A stretch of 64,000 bases of DNA from Vulcanimicrobiota bacterium (GCA_963795855.1 CAWCIZ010000001.1:288001-352000), one strand, 5' to 3'; positions 1-11,564 are shown, counted from the stretch's first letter. Translations and numbers: made by a program. Notes: generated by a model from the sequence alone, not told the origin.

Positions 1-975
1 TACATTGGCCACTCGCTCGCGTGGTGGCAAGCCAATCATCCCAGCTGGATTCTGTACAAGTGCAACGCCACGACGAACGCGCCGACGAAGTCGCCTGCGT
101 ACGATTCCGGTCTGCCCAACGTTCCGCTGGACATTCACAATCCCGCGGTCGTTGCGTACCAGATCGCGCAAGCCGGCGGGTACGCAGCTCGCACGGGTTA
201 TAGCGCACTGGCTGCCGACGAGGTGACGTACTGGATTCCCGCGACGGGCGGAGCGGGCTATTACGGCTGCGGCATCTATTCCGGCGGCGTCTTCGTGCGC
301 CGGTACAGCGGCGAAAACGATCCGAAATGGGCGACGGACTTGGTCAACTGGGTCAAAACCGCACATTCGATTGCGGCGAACACCTATCACCTCAAGTTCA
401 TCGTGAATCACCCGGGCGGATATACCAACACGAACGAGGCGACGCTTCTCTCCAACGTCGACGCCGACATGGACGAGACCGGGTTCACGCGATACGGCAA
501 GTATCAGGTCGGCGCGGGCACCATTCTCAATGAAGTGAAGTGGATGCAGTTCGCTCAGGCGCACGGCGCCGCGGTCCTCATCAATCAGGATTGGGGTTCG
601 CTCGCGGTCGGCGCTCCGCAAAGGGACTACTCCGCGGCAACGTACCTGCTCGGCAACGAACAAGCCGCATCGGTATTCGTTACGCCGCATACCGGGTACG
701 GCGTGGAAACGTTCTACCACCCCGAGTACGCCGCGGCTAATCTCGGCGCACCCTGCGGGGAGTACTACGCCGGAACTCGTCCCTCGATCTACTACCGCCG
801 GTTCGCGAACGCGCTGGTGGTCGTGAACGCGGGCGGGACCGGTACGCAAACCGCAGCGCTTCCGAGCGGCCACAGGTGGACCGACTTGGAGGGACGCACG
901 GTCAGCAATCCGCTCAGTTTGCCGATCGCGGCGAACGACGGCTACGTCCTGAAGACGACCAACGGCTGCCACTAG
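1..975 (+). CDS. Putative secreted glycoside hydrolase-like protein, 5'-partial
   Basis: Frame 1 is open from base 1 (YIGHSLAWWQANHPSWILYKC...) into the 223..975 ORF. Aromatic-rich, with a C-terminal 'YYRRFANALVVVN' motif like putative GHL15-type hydrolases. Confidence 0.55.
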   Translation, partial: YIGHSLAWWQANHPSWILYKCNATTNAPTKSPAYDSGLPNVPLDIHNPAVVAYQIAQAGGYAARTGYSALAADEVTYWIPATGGAGYYGCGIYSGGVFVRRYSGENDPKWATDLVNWVKTAHSIAANTYHLKFIVNHPGGYTNTNEATLLSNVDADMDETGFTRYGKYQVGAGTILNEVKWMQFAQAHGAAVLINQDWGSLAVGAPQRDYSAATYLLGNEQAASVFVTPHTGYGVETFYHPEYAAANLGAPCGEYYAGTRPSIYYRRFANALVVVNAGGTGTQTAALPSGHRWTDLEGRTVSNPLSLPIAANDGYVLKTTNGCH

Positions 976-993
976 ACAGCTCCGGGCGTCAGC

Positions 994-1029
994 AAAAAGG
1001 GAGTCGCGTGCGAACGCGACTCTCTTTTT
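994..1029. terminator. Bidirectional intrinsic terminator
   Basis: AAAAAGGGAGTCGCGT-GCGA-ACGCGACTCTCTTTTT hairpin with a GNRA loop, between convergent genes. Confidence 0.85.
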
Positions 1030-1046
1030 ATTGCGAGGTGTCGCCG

Positions 1047-1792
1047 CTACATGACGTCCAGAGCGAAGACCGCCGCGTCTTCGCGCAAAACCCCGTCGAC
1101 GAAGAGCGCAACCCCGATTTCGCCGGTCCAGAGCGAGTACGAGGGCATGCCGAATCGCGCGCGCCACTCTGCAGCCTGCGCGATCGCGTGCATAGCGAAG
1201 CGCCGCGCGCGTTCCAGCCACGCCGTGTCCCCGGTGCGCTGAAAAACGCGAAGCAGCGCATACCCGTTGCCCGCGGTACCGTGGCAGAAACCCGGTCCCT
1301 TTTTCAACGGCCCGGCTTTCCAAATCGCGCGTCCGCCGCGCAGCACGGCGTCCTCAATGACCGGATCGCCCGGTGCGTACGATCCGAGCGCGATGAGGAC
1401 ACCCGGCGCGCCGTGACACCACTGCATGCGGTTACCGCTCGTGGGTTCGCCCATCGAGATCCAATTCTCCGCGTCCCCATCTTCCAGTGCGTACCGTGTG
1501 AGAAGACCGGTGATTCGCCGATGCAATTCTTCATGCCGCGTCTGCGGCAACAGGTCAAGCGCGCGAACGAACGGCGCGAGGTTTCCGAATGCGCCGTGGC
1601 CTGCGCCGACGTAGCGCTGCTTCTTGCCGTACATGTCTTGCAGCCACAGAAGCGGATGTTGCCTCGGATAGGCCAACTCTCCCACAGTTCCTCTTGAATG
1701 GCGTGCAGTACGTCGTCGAACCGCCGATCGCCCGTTGCTTCACGCACGAGGAGCGCCGCGAGCGCGCTGCCGGAGGAACCCAAAACCTTCAC
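1047..1792 (-). pseudogene. LanC-like (LanCL) protein, N-terminally truncated and frameshifted
   Basis: WCHGAPG and CHGTAGNG Zn-binding motifs. The LanC-like sequence 'GSSGSALAALL...EELWES' continues in another frame upstream of about 1685. No lanthipeptide precursor or LanB nearby. Confidence 0.7.
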
Positions 1793-1886
1793 GAGTCGGG
1801 TTGCCGACGTTGCGCCGTATCTCTCGCTCGAGACGGTCCTTTCGGCTACAGGAACGCTCCGCACTGCGCCTAACGCTTGCCGCATC

Positions 1887-4715
1887 ATGGTCGGGGCTGG
1901 AACAGGGCCCGGTCCGCGAATTCGCGCGTACGCATACACACTCGTCACGACCGTAATCGTGATGTTGTTCGCCCTCGCCGAATGGGCGACGGAACGGTAC
2001 TTTTCGGACCGTTCGCGAGCGGCGAGCACCGCGATAGAAGTGTGCATCGTCCTCGTCGCCGCCGTGGTCTTCCGCCCAATCCACCAGCGCGTCGAAGCCG
2101 CGCTCGAAGCCGCGTTCTACAAGCGCAAGCGGCAGGCGCTGGCGGCGCTCGAGAAATTCCGCCGCGAGATGACGTCGTTCAACGACATGAGCCAGCTGCT
2201 GCGGCGCGTGATCGAAGCGCTCGAACAGCACATGGAAGCGGGCGCTGCCGCCGTCTACCTGCGGCGCGAAGTGTTTCACGCGGAGGCTTCGTCGTTCGAT
2301 CTCCCCGCTGACGACGTCGGCTTCGGCGATCCGCTCGCGGTACGGCTGCGCTCGAGCGCGACGCCGGCTCGGCCTTCGCTGCTCAAGTCTTCGGCGCAGG
2401 GCACGCACGCGTTTCCGATGACGGTCGCGGGAGACTCGTAGGCTTTCTGGCGGTGCACCGCAAGCACGCGGACTACGACGCGGATGAAACGCAGATGCTC
2501 GTGGGGCTGGCGCAAGATCTTGCCGTTGCGGTCGTAGCGCTGGAACCGCTGCTGCGCGCGCAGAAACAGAGCGTGCCGAACAACCTTCCCGCCGGCCTCC
2601 CGCGCGTTATCGGACGCGAGCGGGAACTTCGTGAGATCGACGCGGCGCTCGCGCAGTCGCGGCTCGTGACGGTCACCGGCTCCGGAGGCGTCGGGAAGAC
2701 GCGCGTCGCGCTGCAGTGCGCGGCGGAGGCGCTTGCAGCGCACGAACACGGCGCGTGGTTCGTGAATCTTGCGCCGATCGAGGACGGCTCGCTCGTCGCC
2801 GCGACGATACTCTCTGCGCTCGGCGCCGGAAACGCGGAGAAGGGCGGCGAGACCGCGCGCTTGTTGCAGCACCTCGCGCCTCGCGACGCGCTGATCGTCC
2901 TCGACAATTGCGAACAGGTCGTGGGCGACGTCGCCGCGGTCGTCGCGCAGATTCGCGCGGCGTGTCCTCGCATCACCGTGCTTGCGACCAGCCGGGAAAT
3001 GCTGCATTTGGACGGCGAGCAGGTGTACCGTCTTGGCCCCTTGGCGCTCGAAGGCGCCGCCGAACTCTTTGCGCTGCGCGCCTCTGCCGTTTCGCCCGGG
3101 TTCGACGCGCGCGAGCACGCAGAACTCATAGAGCAAATCTGCGCGCATCTGGACGGCATTCCGCTCGCCATAGAACTCGCCGCCGCGCGAGCGCGAGCGC
3201 TCAGCGTTGGGGAAACGCTGGCACACTTGAGCGAACGGTTCCGGCTGCTCAAAAGCAGTGGGCGCGCGGTGCCTGCCAGACAGCAGACGCTGGAGGCAAC
3301 CATCGAGTGGAGCTGACGACCTGCTCACACTCGAAGAACAGGATTTGTTCCGGCGGCTTTCCGCGTTTCGCGGCAGTTTTTCGCTCGACGCCGCGACGGC
3401 CGTATGCGCGGCCGGCGGCCGGTGCGACGAATTCCACGTACTCGACGTGCTGACGTCGCTGACAGACAAATCGCTCGTAATCGCGCAGATCGCGGTTACG
3501 ACGCGGTACTATTTCCTCGAAACGATTCGCGAGTTCGCGATGCAGAAGGCTCTGGAGGCGAACGAGGCGCCGTCCGCATCGCACGCGCACGCCGCGTATT
3601 TTTCGGCGCTGGCATCACAGGCGTATTACGAGTTCGACTCACTCATGCCGCGCGGCTGGCTGGAACGCCTCGCACCCGACATCGACAACGTTCGCGCCGC
3701 GCTCGAGTGGACGTTGAACGGTCCGGGGGATCGGACCGTGGGAGCGAAACTCGCAGCGGATAGCGGACCGATTTTCCTACGTCTGGATTTGTTGACCGAA
3801 GGGCTGCGTTGGTGCGATGCGGCCCGCGGCGTTTCGGGAACGCCGCACGCGACCGCTGCGAGAATCGAGTACGTCGCATCGATGATGCACAACAACGCCG
3901 GCGCCAACCGATCCGCGCTGGTGTGCGTCGAGCGAGCCGTTTCGCTGTACCGAGAGTCGAGCGATAAACGCGGCTTGGTGCGAGCGCTCTCTCAACTTGC
4001 GCAACTGTACGCGCGTAACCGCCGCTACGACGAGGCTCGCGCGCCGTCGGCGGAAGCCACCGAACGCGCGCGCTCGCTCGGCGAGCCGCGGGTGCTCGCC
4101 GCCGTCCTGCGCCGATGCGCGTACGCGCTGCCGTCCTCGGAAATCGAACGAGCGCGCACGTATTTTACGGAGGCGCTGAACATCGCGCGTTCGGTGCGCG
4201 ATCCGGAAGAGGAAAGCTTGATACTCGAGTGGTGGGCAAGCCGCGAGGGCGAGTCCGGTTCGTTCGAACGCGCAATCGACCTTGGGAACCAGGCGCGGCA
4301 ATGCGCCGGTCAGGAGGCGCAACTCACGCTCGAAAGTCAAATTGCGGGCTGGTCGCTTGCGCTGGGGCGTTTCGACGACGCCGAGCCGCACGCGCGCAGG
4401 GCCGTGCAACTAGCTGCAGCCGTTCGTCATCCGCTCTTGGCCGTGAACCTCGCCTATTTCTCCGCGTTCCGCGTTTCGGAGGGTGCCGACGAGGCGGCGA
4501 TGCTATTCGGCTACGCGCGCGCCCGAATCGACGAACTCGAATGGGATTTGGGCGACGACGATCGGCTCGCGCTCGAAAACGTGTCGCAGCGCATCGGCGC
4601 GCAATTGAACGGCGCAGACTTCGAAACGCTCGCCGCTCGCGGCGCGGCATGGACGGAGCGCGAGGCGCTTGCGTCGCTTGCGCGGGAACTCAGCAGCGCG
4701 GCGGGTACGTCATAA
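1887..4715 (+). CDS. Membrane-anchored GAF + STAND/NB-ARC-type ATPase + TPR protein (two frameshifts, about 2440 and about 3310)
   Basis: N-terminal hydrophobic helices, GAF-like segment, Walker A GSGGVGKT, Walker B LIVLDNCEQ, GIPLAIELAA motif and C-terminal TPR-like helices, spread over ORFs 1698-2441, 2453-3316 and 3258-4715. Confidence 0.8.
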
Positions 4716-5199
4716 TGCGCCGAAGTGTGCTCGTGACCGTGTCGATGCACTGCTGATTCAACGTGTACGTGCCGGTATCGCCCGCGCAGTTCGTGATTGC
4801 CGTGTACGAGCCGGTGATTACCGCGCTGGTTCCGTTGTTGCTGTAGGTTCCGCTCGTGCTGAACGTGCATGTCGTGCCGTTCGGATAATCGACGACCATC
4901 GCGCCGCTCAGAGAAGTCCCCGAAGCGATCGCAAGCGACACTTGAGCGGTGAGCGTTGCGCCGGTTTGCGCAATGGTGATGGCGCCGCCGGCGTTGCTGC
5001 CGTTTTGCGCGAGCGTTGCCGTCGCGGTGCCGCTGCCGCCTTGAGCATCTTGCACCGAGCCGACGTAATCGCCGGAAACGTTCGCGGGCGACGAGCTCGG
5101 CGATGGCGACGGCGAGGGTGTGGTCGACGAGTTGCAGCCGGCCGCCGCGATGAGGCTCGCGATCGCACATGCCGCAATGCTTGTTCCAAGTTTGCGCAT
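4690..5199 (-). CDS. Hypothetical lipoprotein
   Basis: Signal peptide with lipobox AAGC, PSPSPS linker, Thr/Gly-rich beta-type domain. Confidence 0.75.
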   Translation of the reverse strand: MRKLGTSIAACAIASLIAAAGCNSSTTPSPSPSPSSSPANVSGDYVGSVQDAQGGSGTATATLAQNGSNAGGAITIAQTGATLTAQVSLAIASGTSLSGAMVVDYPNGTTCTFSTSGTYSNNGTSAVITGSYTAITNCAGDTGTYTLNQQCIDTVTSTLRRIMTYPPRC

Positions 5200-5288
5200 A
5201 CGAGACTCCTTGCCGCGCCTTTACGGCAACCGCATGCGCCGACCTGCCGCAGGTAGGGCACGCGGGCGGGTGAGGCTAACGTCGTGCC

Positions 5289-7298
5289 ATGCTGCAATCG
5301 GAGACCGCGCCCGCCGCGGTGCAGAGTGAGGCCGTTACAGCGCGTCTGGAATTGACCGTTCGCGGATTGTTGTTAGGCGCCGCAATCACGCTCGTGTTCA
5401 CTGCCGCTAACGTCTACCTCGGGCTGAAGGTTGGGCTCACGTTCGCCTCGTCGATTCCCGCCGCCGTCATTTCGATGGCGATTCTGCGCATGTTCAAAAC
5501 CGGCACGATTTACGAGAACAACATCGTGCAGACGGTTGCATCGGCGGCCGGCACGCTCTCGTCGATCATTTTCGTTTTGCCGGGTCTGGTCATGGTCGGC
5601 TGGTGGAGCGGATTCCCGTTCTGGCCGTCGTTCGGCGTTTGTGTGGTCGGCGGTGTGCTCGGCGTGATGTTCACGATTCCGCTGCGCCGCGCACTCGTGA
5701 CCACCTCGGATCTGCCGTATCCCGAAGGGGTTGCGGCCGCAGAAGTGCTGCGGGTCGGTACCGGTTCGCGCGAAGGCGCGGCCGAGGGCAAAGCGGGATT
5801 GCTCGCCGTGATTTGGGGCGCCATCGGGTCCGCCGCTTTTGCTGCGATGACGGCGACGCGCGTGTTTGCCGGAGAGATCGACTACTATTTCCGAGCCGGC
5901 GCGTCCGCAAGCGGAATCGGATTTTCGCTCTCGCTCGCGCTGCTCGGCGCGGGACACTTGATCGGTTTGGCGGTCGGCCTCGCGATTCTCGCAGGCTTCG
6001 TCATCTCGTGGGGAATTTTCGTCCCGATTCTTACCGCCATGCACCCCGCTGCAGGCGCCGCGGCAACGGTCGCAACGACGGTGTGGTCGCATCAGGTGCG
6101 GTTCATCGGCGCGGGAGCCATCGGCATTTCCGCGATCTGGACGCTGCTTCGCTTGGCCATTCCCGTGTGGACGGGATTGGTTGCCGCAATCGAGGCCTCA
6201 CGCCGTCGCGCGCAAGGCGAAGGGCATCTGATGAAGCGCACCGAGCAGGACATGCCGATCGGCATCGTCACGATCGTCAGCGTCGCGTGTTTGATACCGA
6301 TGGCGTTTCTGCTCTTCGCGTTCTTGCAGGGCGGTGCGCTCGGAGCGTACATCGTCCCACTCGTGATTGCATCGGTCCTGTACGTCGTCGTCGTCGGGTT
6401 CATCGTCGCAGCCGTCGCAGGATACATGGCCGGGCTCATCGGCAGTTCGAACAGCCCGGTCTCCGGCTTGGCGATTCTGGCGATCATCGGGATCTCGCTC
6501 ATCGTGCTGCTCGTCGCGCACGGCGCTTCAGGTGCCGCGAAAGACGCGCTGGTCGCGTTCGCGCTGTTCGTTACGTCCATCGTGCTCAGCGCCGCAACCA
6601 TCGCAAACGACAATCTGCAGGACTTGAAGACGGGACAACTCGTCGATGCGACTCCGTGGCGCCAGCAAGTCGCGCTGCTGGTCGGCGTATTGTTCGGTTC
6701 GCTCGTGATTCCGCCCGTATTGAATCTGCTCAATCTCGCGAACGGCTTTGCGGGCGCGCCGCCGCATCACGGTGCGAATGCCGCGCAGCCGCTGCCCGCG
6801 CCGCAGGCCACGCTGATCTCGACGCTCGCGAAAGGCGTCATCAGCGGCAACATCGATTGGGGAATGATCACGATCGGCGTTCTGGTCGGGATCGTCGTCA
6901 TCGGCATCGACGAGGTGCTGCGAGCATCGAGTAAACAAAAGGCGAAACTGCCGCCGCTCGCGGTTGGTTTAGGCATTTACTTGCCGACGTCCACGACGGC
7001 CGGCGCGGTGCTGGGCGCAATCGTCGGGTGGTTTTACAACCGCGCCGTTTCGCGCGGACGCAACGCCGAGATGGCAAAACGGCTAGGCGTGCTTCTCGCA
7101 TCCGGACTGATTGTCGGAGAAAGCTTGTTCGGCGTGCTGCTTTCCGGAATCATCGTGGTCAGCAAGAACGGCACGCCGCTCTCATTGGTTCCCGATTCGT
7201 TTTTGCTCCCATCCGAAATCATCGGCGGTATCGCGTTCCTCGCGCTCATCGCGCTGATGTATCGCTGGGTGGGGAGTTTGGCTCAAAAGGCGGTTTAA
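5289..7298 (+). CDS. OPT family oligopeptide transporter
   Basis: ELTVRG...NVYLGLKVGLTFASSIPAAVIS, YPEGVAAAEVL and NDNLQDLKTG motifs. Confidence 0.95.
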   Translation: MLQSETAPAAVQSEAVTARLELTVRGLLLGAAITLVFTAANVYLGLKVGLTFASSIPAAVISMAILRMFKTGTIYENNIVQTVASAAGTLSSIIFVLPGLVMVGWWSGFPFWPSFGVCVVGGVLGVMFTIPLRRALVTTSDLPYPEGVAAAEVLRVGTGSREGAAEGKAGLLAVIWGAIGSAAFAAMTATRVFAGEIDYYFRAGASASGIGFSLSLALLGAGHLIGLAVGLAILAGFVISWGIFVPILTAMHPAAGAAATVATTVWSHQVRFIGAGAIGISAIWTLLRLAIPVWTGLVAAIEASRRRAQGEGHLMKRTEQDMPIGIVTIVSVACLIPMAFLLFAFLQGGALGAYIVPLVIASVLYVVVVGFIVAAVAGYMAGLIGSSNSPVSGLAILAIIGISLIVLLVAHGASGAAKDALVAFALFVTSIVLSAATIANDNLQDLKTGQLVDATPWRQQVALLVGVLFGSLVIPPVLNLLNLANGFAGAPPHHGANAAQPLPAPQATLISTLAKGVISGNIDWGMITIGVLVGIVVIGIDEVLRASSKQKAKLPPLAVGLGIYLPTSTTAGAVLGAIVGWFYNRAVSRGRNAEMAKRLGVLLASGLIVGESLFGVLLSGIIVVSKNGTPLSLVPDSFLLPSEIIGGIAFLALIALMYRWVGSLAQKAV

Positions 7299-7309
7299 GC
7301 GCCTCCCGC

Positions 7310-8576
7310 TTACAAGTCCGAAAACGCCTCTCCGCGGCGCTCGGGCGTCACGAAGTATCCGATCGCGGTCAGCACGACGATGGCAACGAACACGACGCCA
7401 GCAACCCACGCCATCGCCTTCGCATAATCCGGATGTCCGGAGGGCAGCGGAAACTTGTCCGCGGCGAACGCCGATTCGAGTTGCAGCGCATTCGCGGAGA
7501 TGAGATTGCCGAGTTGATACGTCAAACCGGGAAACGTTCCGCGTATTTCCGCGGGCGAAATCTCGTTGAGGTGCGCCGGAATGATGCCCCATGCGCCTTG
7601 CACGGCAATCTGCATGAGGAATCCGCCCAGCCCGAGCATCACCGCGGTTTGGCTGAACGCCCAAAGCGGAATCAACACGATTCCCAACAGCGCGCACACG
7701 ACGATCATGTTGCGCCTGCCCCAGCGCTGCGAAAGCCAGCCGAACGCGACGCCCCCGACGATCGCTCCGACGTTCATGATGGCGGTCAGCGTTCCCACGA
7801 GCGCCGGCGTGAAGCCGTGCTGGAGCGTCAAAAACGTCGGATACAGATCCTGCGTTCCGTGTGACATGTAATTGAACGCCGCCATGAATAAAATTGCGTA
7901 GACGAACAGCGGCCACCGCGTCTTGAACGCTTGCACGAGCGGATGCGGGCCCGCCGCGATTTTCTCCGCGCGGCCGGCGAGCCACGCCGGCGATTCGGGG
8001 ACGTTCCTGCGAATGAAGAAGATGAGAACCGCGGGCAGCACGCCGATCGCGAACATTCCGCGCCACCCGATGTGCACGTAAAGAACCGCGAGAACGATCG
8101 CCGCCAGCAGATAGCCGACGGCATATCCTTCTTGAAGAATACCGGAAAACACGCCGCGTTTTTCGACGGGCAGCGACTCCATTGCCAGCGCCGCGCCAAT
8201 GCCCCACTCGCCGCCCATTGCCACGCCGTAAAGCGCGCGCAGAACGATAAAGACGCCGAGATTCGGCGAGAACGCGGTGGCCAATTCCAGAACGGAATAG
8301 AGGCCGACGTCCACCATCAGCGGGGTTCGGCGCCCGTACTTGTCCGCGAACCAGCCAAAGATCAGTGCGCCTAGCGGCCGCAGCATCAGCGTGATCGTCA
8401 CCGCGACCGCGACGGCTTTCACTTCGGCGTGAAAGTCTTTGGCAATGTGCGGCACGGTGACGATCACTAGAAAAAAATCGAACGCGTCGAGAGTCCAGCC
8501 GAGGAAACTCGCCGTAAACGTTCGTTTTTGCTGCGGCGTGAGGCCGCGCAGCGCGCCGGTCGTGCTAAGCGTCCAT
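7310..8576 (-). CDS. MFS transporter, sialate/carboxylate:H+ symporter (SHS; NanT/Jen1-like)
   Basis: FLGWTLDAFDFF upstream of the tracked ORF, plus ADKYGRR, MGGEWG and SHGTQDLYPTFL. The ATG at 8576 is one base out of frame, probably an indel. Confidence 0.9.
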
Positions 8577-9382
8577 TACGGCAAAGCGTCCGCGAAACTG
8601 GTCGCGTAGAAGATTCCGTGCAGCCAGTAGCCGTCGGCTACGACTTGACGTCCGACCGCGACGTTACCGGAAGCGTGCGCGTTCAGCGCGGGCTGATCGT
8701 TCAGCACGATCGTCCCGTTCGACTGCTGCAGCGTCACCTGGTTTCCGCTCACACCGGTAATCGTTCCGCTCAAGCTGTCGGGAATGTGCGCGAATGCGCC
8801 GAAGTTCGGCGCGTCTTCGGGCACGTTCGTGGACGAGGCGTCGGAGATCGTCGTCGCGTAAAACGTGCCGCCGCGCCAATAGCCTACCGCGACGACGTCG
8901 CGGCCGACGTTCACGCTGCCGGTGAGTTTGCGGTCCAAGGCCGGCTGATCGTTGATGACGATCGAATTACCGTTGCCTTGGATCGTGACGAGGTGGCCGC
9001 TAACGGCGCTGATCGTGCCGCGAACGAGGCCCCGTAGGCGTCCCGGCACCGGCGCGCCGGTCAGACCTTCTTGCGTGCCGAAACCGTCGGCATACCCGTA
9101 CACGTTCGCGTCCGCGAAACTCGTCGCGTAAAACGTGCCGTCTTGCCAATAACCGCGCGCCACGACTTGGCGGCCGACCGCGACGTTACCGGTCGTTTGA
9201 CTATTGAGAGCGGGCTGGTCGTTTACCACGATGCTGCCGCTGCTGCGCTGAATGGTGACCATGCTGCCGCTCACGGCGGTGATGGTTCCCGCGATAACGC
9301 GCGGCGTAGATGTTTGTGCGCCGGCTGCCGCAGTCGAGCCCAAGAACGCTGCGGCCGCCAAGAGTGCGTAGGTGTTTCTCAT
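8576..9382 (-). CDS. Secreted protein with three ~65-aa beta-rich repeats (DUF5666/OB-fold-like)
   Basis: Signal peptide MRNTYALLAAAAFLG, then three copies of GTI.AVSG..VT.Q...G.IV.NDQPAL......G.V.VGR.VVA.GYW..G.FYAT. Confidence 0.8.
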   Translation of the reverse strand: MRNTYALLAAAAFLGSTAAAGAQTSTPRVIAGTITAVSGSMVTIQRSSGSIVVNDQPALNSQTTGNVAVGRQVVARGYWQDGTFYATSFADANVYGYADGFGTQEGLTGAPVPGRLRGLVRGTISAVSGHLVTIQGNGNSIVINDQPALDRKLTGSVNVGRDVVAVGYWRGGTFYATTISDASSTNVPEDAPNFGAFAHIPDSLSGTITGVSGNQVTLQQSNGTIVLNDQPALNAHASGNVAVGRQVVADGYWLHGIFYATSFADALP

Positions 9383-9405
9383 AGTGTCTACAGCGTACCC
9401 AGCCT

Positions 9406-10567
9406 TCATCGTTCCTCGGGCGGCCGGATCTTGCGAAAGAACGCCCAGTACAGCCCGGCGTTGAGGGAGCTGCAGCAGTGCGGCCGCTTCCAGCATCGCG
9501 CCGATCCAGACCGAATGCAGCATCACGCCGGCGAGCGAGGGCCCGGCCATACTCGCAAACTGCGACGGCACGTTCGAAACGCTGGCGACCCGCGAGCGTT
9601 CGTGCGGCGAAACGATTCCCATGACGTACGATTGCCGCACCGGCAACGTCATGCTGTTCACCAGCACGCGGACGAGAAACACCGCGCCCGCGAACCAGAC
9701 CGTCGGCATGAGCGGCAGCACTGCGAGCAGCGCGCAAGAGACGACGCGCAATGAAACGACGGTACGAACCGCACCGCCGATGAACGCGACCGCGCGGCCC
9801 ACCACGGAATAGGATGCGATCGTGCAAAAGCCGATTACCATGTAGATCGTTCCGATTTGATCCGCGGGCGCGTGATACCGCAGGTGGAACCACAGCACGA
9901 GCATGGGGCCCAGAAAGCCTACGGCCAAACCGTTCGTCGCGTTCGTCACCATAAAGCGAAGCACGATCGCCCGTGTGCGCGCGGAGAGTGCTTGCGGCGG
10001 CCGGCGCGTTTCACGCTCGCGGTGCGCGCCCCGTTCCTGGCGAGACGATTCGCGAATCGGGGCGATCGAAATCAGCAGCAGCACCGAAATGCCGCTCGCG
10101 ATCGGAAACACGAGCCGGTACTCGTGCACGTACGTGAGAAGAAAACCGAACGCACCGCCGATGGCGCCGATCATCGAGAACGCGGCGAAGGCGCGCGTGC
10201 GCGTCTGTGGCGGGACGTGCTCGGCGACGAGTGCTTGTTCCGCGGAATAAAACGGGCCGAACGCGCCGCCGGACGCCGGGCCTCCGCCGCGGCCGATCGT
10301 TCCGAGCGCGCCGGCAAGCGCGAGCATCCAAAACGGCATGTCAAAATAAAACGCCAGCGCCGCAACGGCGCTGAGCGCGCTGAATATCGCCAGCACGAGT
10401 TTGCGGCCGAAACGGTCGCTCACGAATCCTGCGCCCAATCCCAGCAGCGCGCTTCCGCTCGCCCAGACGGTGACGAGCACGCCGACCTCCGCGGCGCTTG
10501 CGCCGCGACTCAAAAGGTAGAGCGGCGTTACGACGCCGAGATACGCTTGATTGAAGCTCCGCAGCAT
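9406..10567 (-). CDS. MFS transporter (frameshift near 9466 creates a false fusion with the downstream gene)
   Basis: SDRFGRK MFS motif and about 12 TM segments. Removing one C near 9466 gives ...LLNAGLYWAFFRKIRPPEER-stop at 9406. Start uncertain. Confidence 0.85.
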
Positions 10568-10613
10568 GCGCCCGAGCGAAAGGAAGCGCAGCGACGTCGA
10601 CGCGGTAAGCGGA

Positions 10614-11564
10614 TTAATCGTTCGGCGAAGGCGATGCGCCCGGCGTTACGCCGATGTCGGGAGCCCCAGACGGAACGGCCGAAGCGGTCGGCGACGGCGA
10701 TGGCGAGGCGTTCGGCGACGCCGGCGCCGTCGACTTGTCGTCTCCGTAAAGCACGAGCGTGTACGTGCTGCCTTTTGCGATCGTCATCGTCGGCGCACGG
10801 AACGAGAACGTGAGCGTCGTGTCGTTGAGCGTCGATTTGTCGAACGTCCAAATCGCTTTGTAGTCGACGCGTTTATGGTGCTTGTTTACTTGGAAAAGCT
10901 GCAGCGCGAAGCCGCGGCCTTCGATCACCGGCTTGGGCAAAGTGAATTGCGCGTTCGCCCACCCGTCGAGCGCGAGATCGCCGTTCGTGTCGAGTTGCAC
11001 CATCATGAGCGCGACGGTGTCGAGCGTGTTCGCCGGGATGTGCACCATCTTCGGAGCATCTTTGGGCGGTGCTTGCGCCGTTAGCGTAACGCTTGCCGGT
11101 GTCGGGCTCGGCGTTGGGCTTTTTCCGGGGCTCGCGCTGCCGGCGGGCGCGCTGGGCGTCGGAGTCGGGCTTGGCGTCGGCGTCGGCGTTGGAGTCGCCG
11201 TAGCCTTTCGCTTCACGTTCTTTGCGCCTTTGGGCGTCGGCGAAGGGGACGGCGTGGGCGCCGGAAGGTTGAAACTCAGCGTGCAAGCGTATCCGTCCGC
11301 TAGCTGCGGACATGCAAAGCCGTTCTTCGCATCGTCGATCGGATAGCTTGCCGTGCCGACCGCTCCCGGAGTTGCGGTCGGCGTTGCTTCGCCAATCGGT
11401 AAGCCGTTTTTGTCCGTCTGCGGAATCGGCGTCCCTTGGCCCATCGGCGGAATGCCGCCGGCGCCGGGTTCGGGCATGTTCGTACCGGAGGAGAAGTTGC
11501 CGGAGCACGCGCCCAGCACGAGCGCGAGTGCCAGCAGTGCGCCCAAAGCGAGTTGCGATTTCAC
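10614..11564 (-). CDS. Pro/Thr-rich hypothetical lipoprotein
   Basis: Lipobox LGAC and PTPTPSP linkers. Start overlaps the thrS stop codon. Confidence 0.75.
   Translation of the reverse strand: MKSQLALGALLALALVLGACSGNFSSGTNMPEPGAGGIPPMGQGTPIPQTDKNGLPIGEATPTATPGAVGTASYPIDDAKNGFACPQLADGYACTLSFNLPAPTPSPSPTPKGAKNVKRKATATPTPTPTPSPTPTPSAPAGSASPGKSPTPSPTPASVTLTAQAPPKDAPKMVHIPANTLDTVALMMVQLDTNGDLALDGWANAQFTLPKPVIEGRGFALQLFQVNKHHKRVDYKAIWTFDKSTLNDTTLTFSFRAPTMTIAKGSTYTLVLYGDDKSTAPASPNASPSPSPTASAVPSGAPDIGVTPGASPSPND

Noticed and set aside
1047..8576. Lanthipeptide/RiPP cluster (LanC + OPT + MFS)
   Set aside because: No precursor, LanB/LanM or peptidase-transporter; the LanC is a truncated LanCL.
8576..10567. 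663-aa MFS + repeat-domain fusion in the ORF track
   Set aside because: One extra C near 9466 explains it. Correction gives a normal MFS stop at 9406, and the second part has its own signal peptide.
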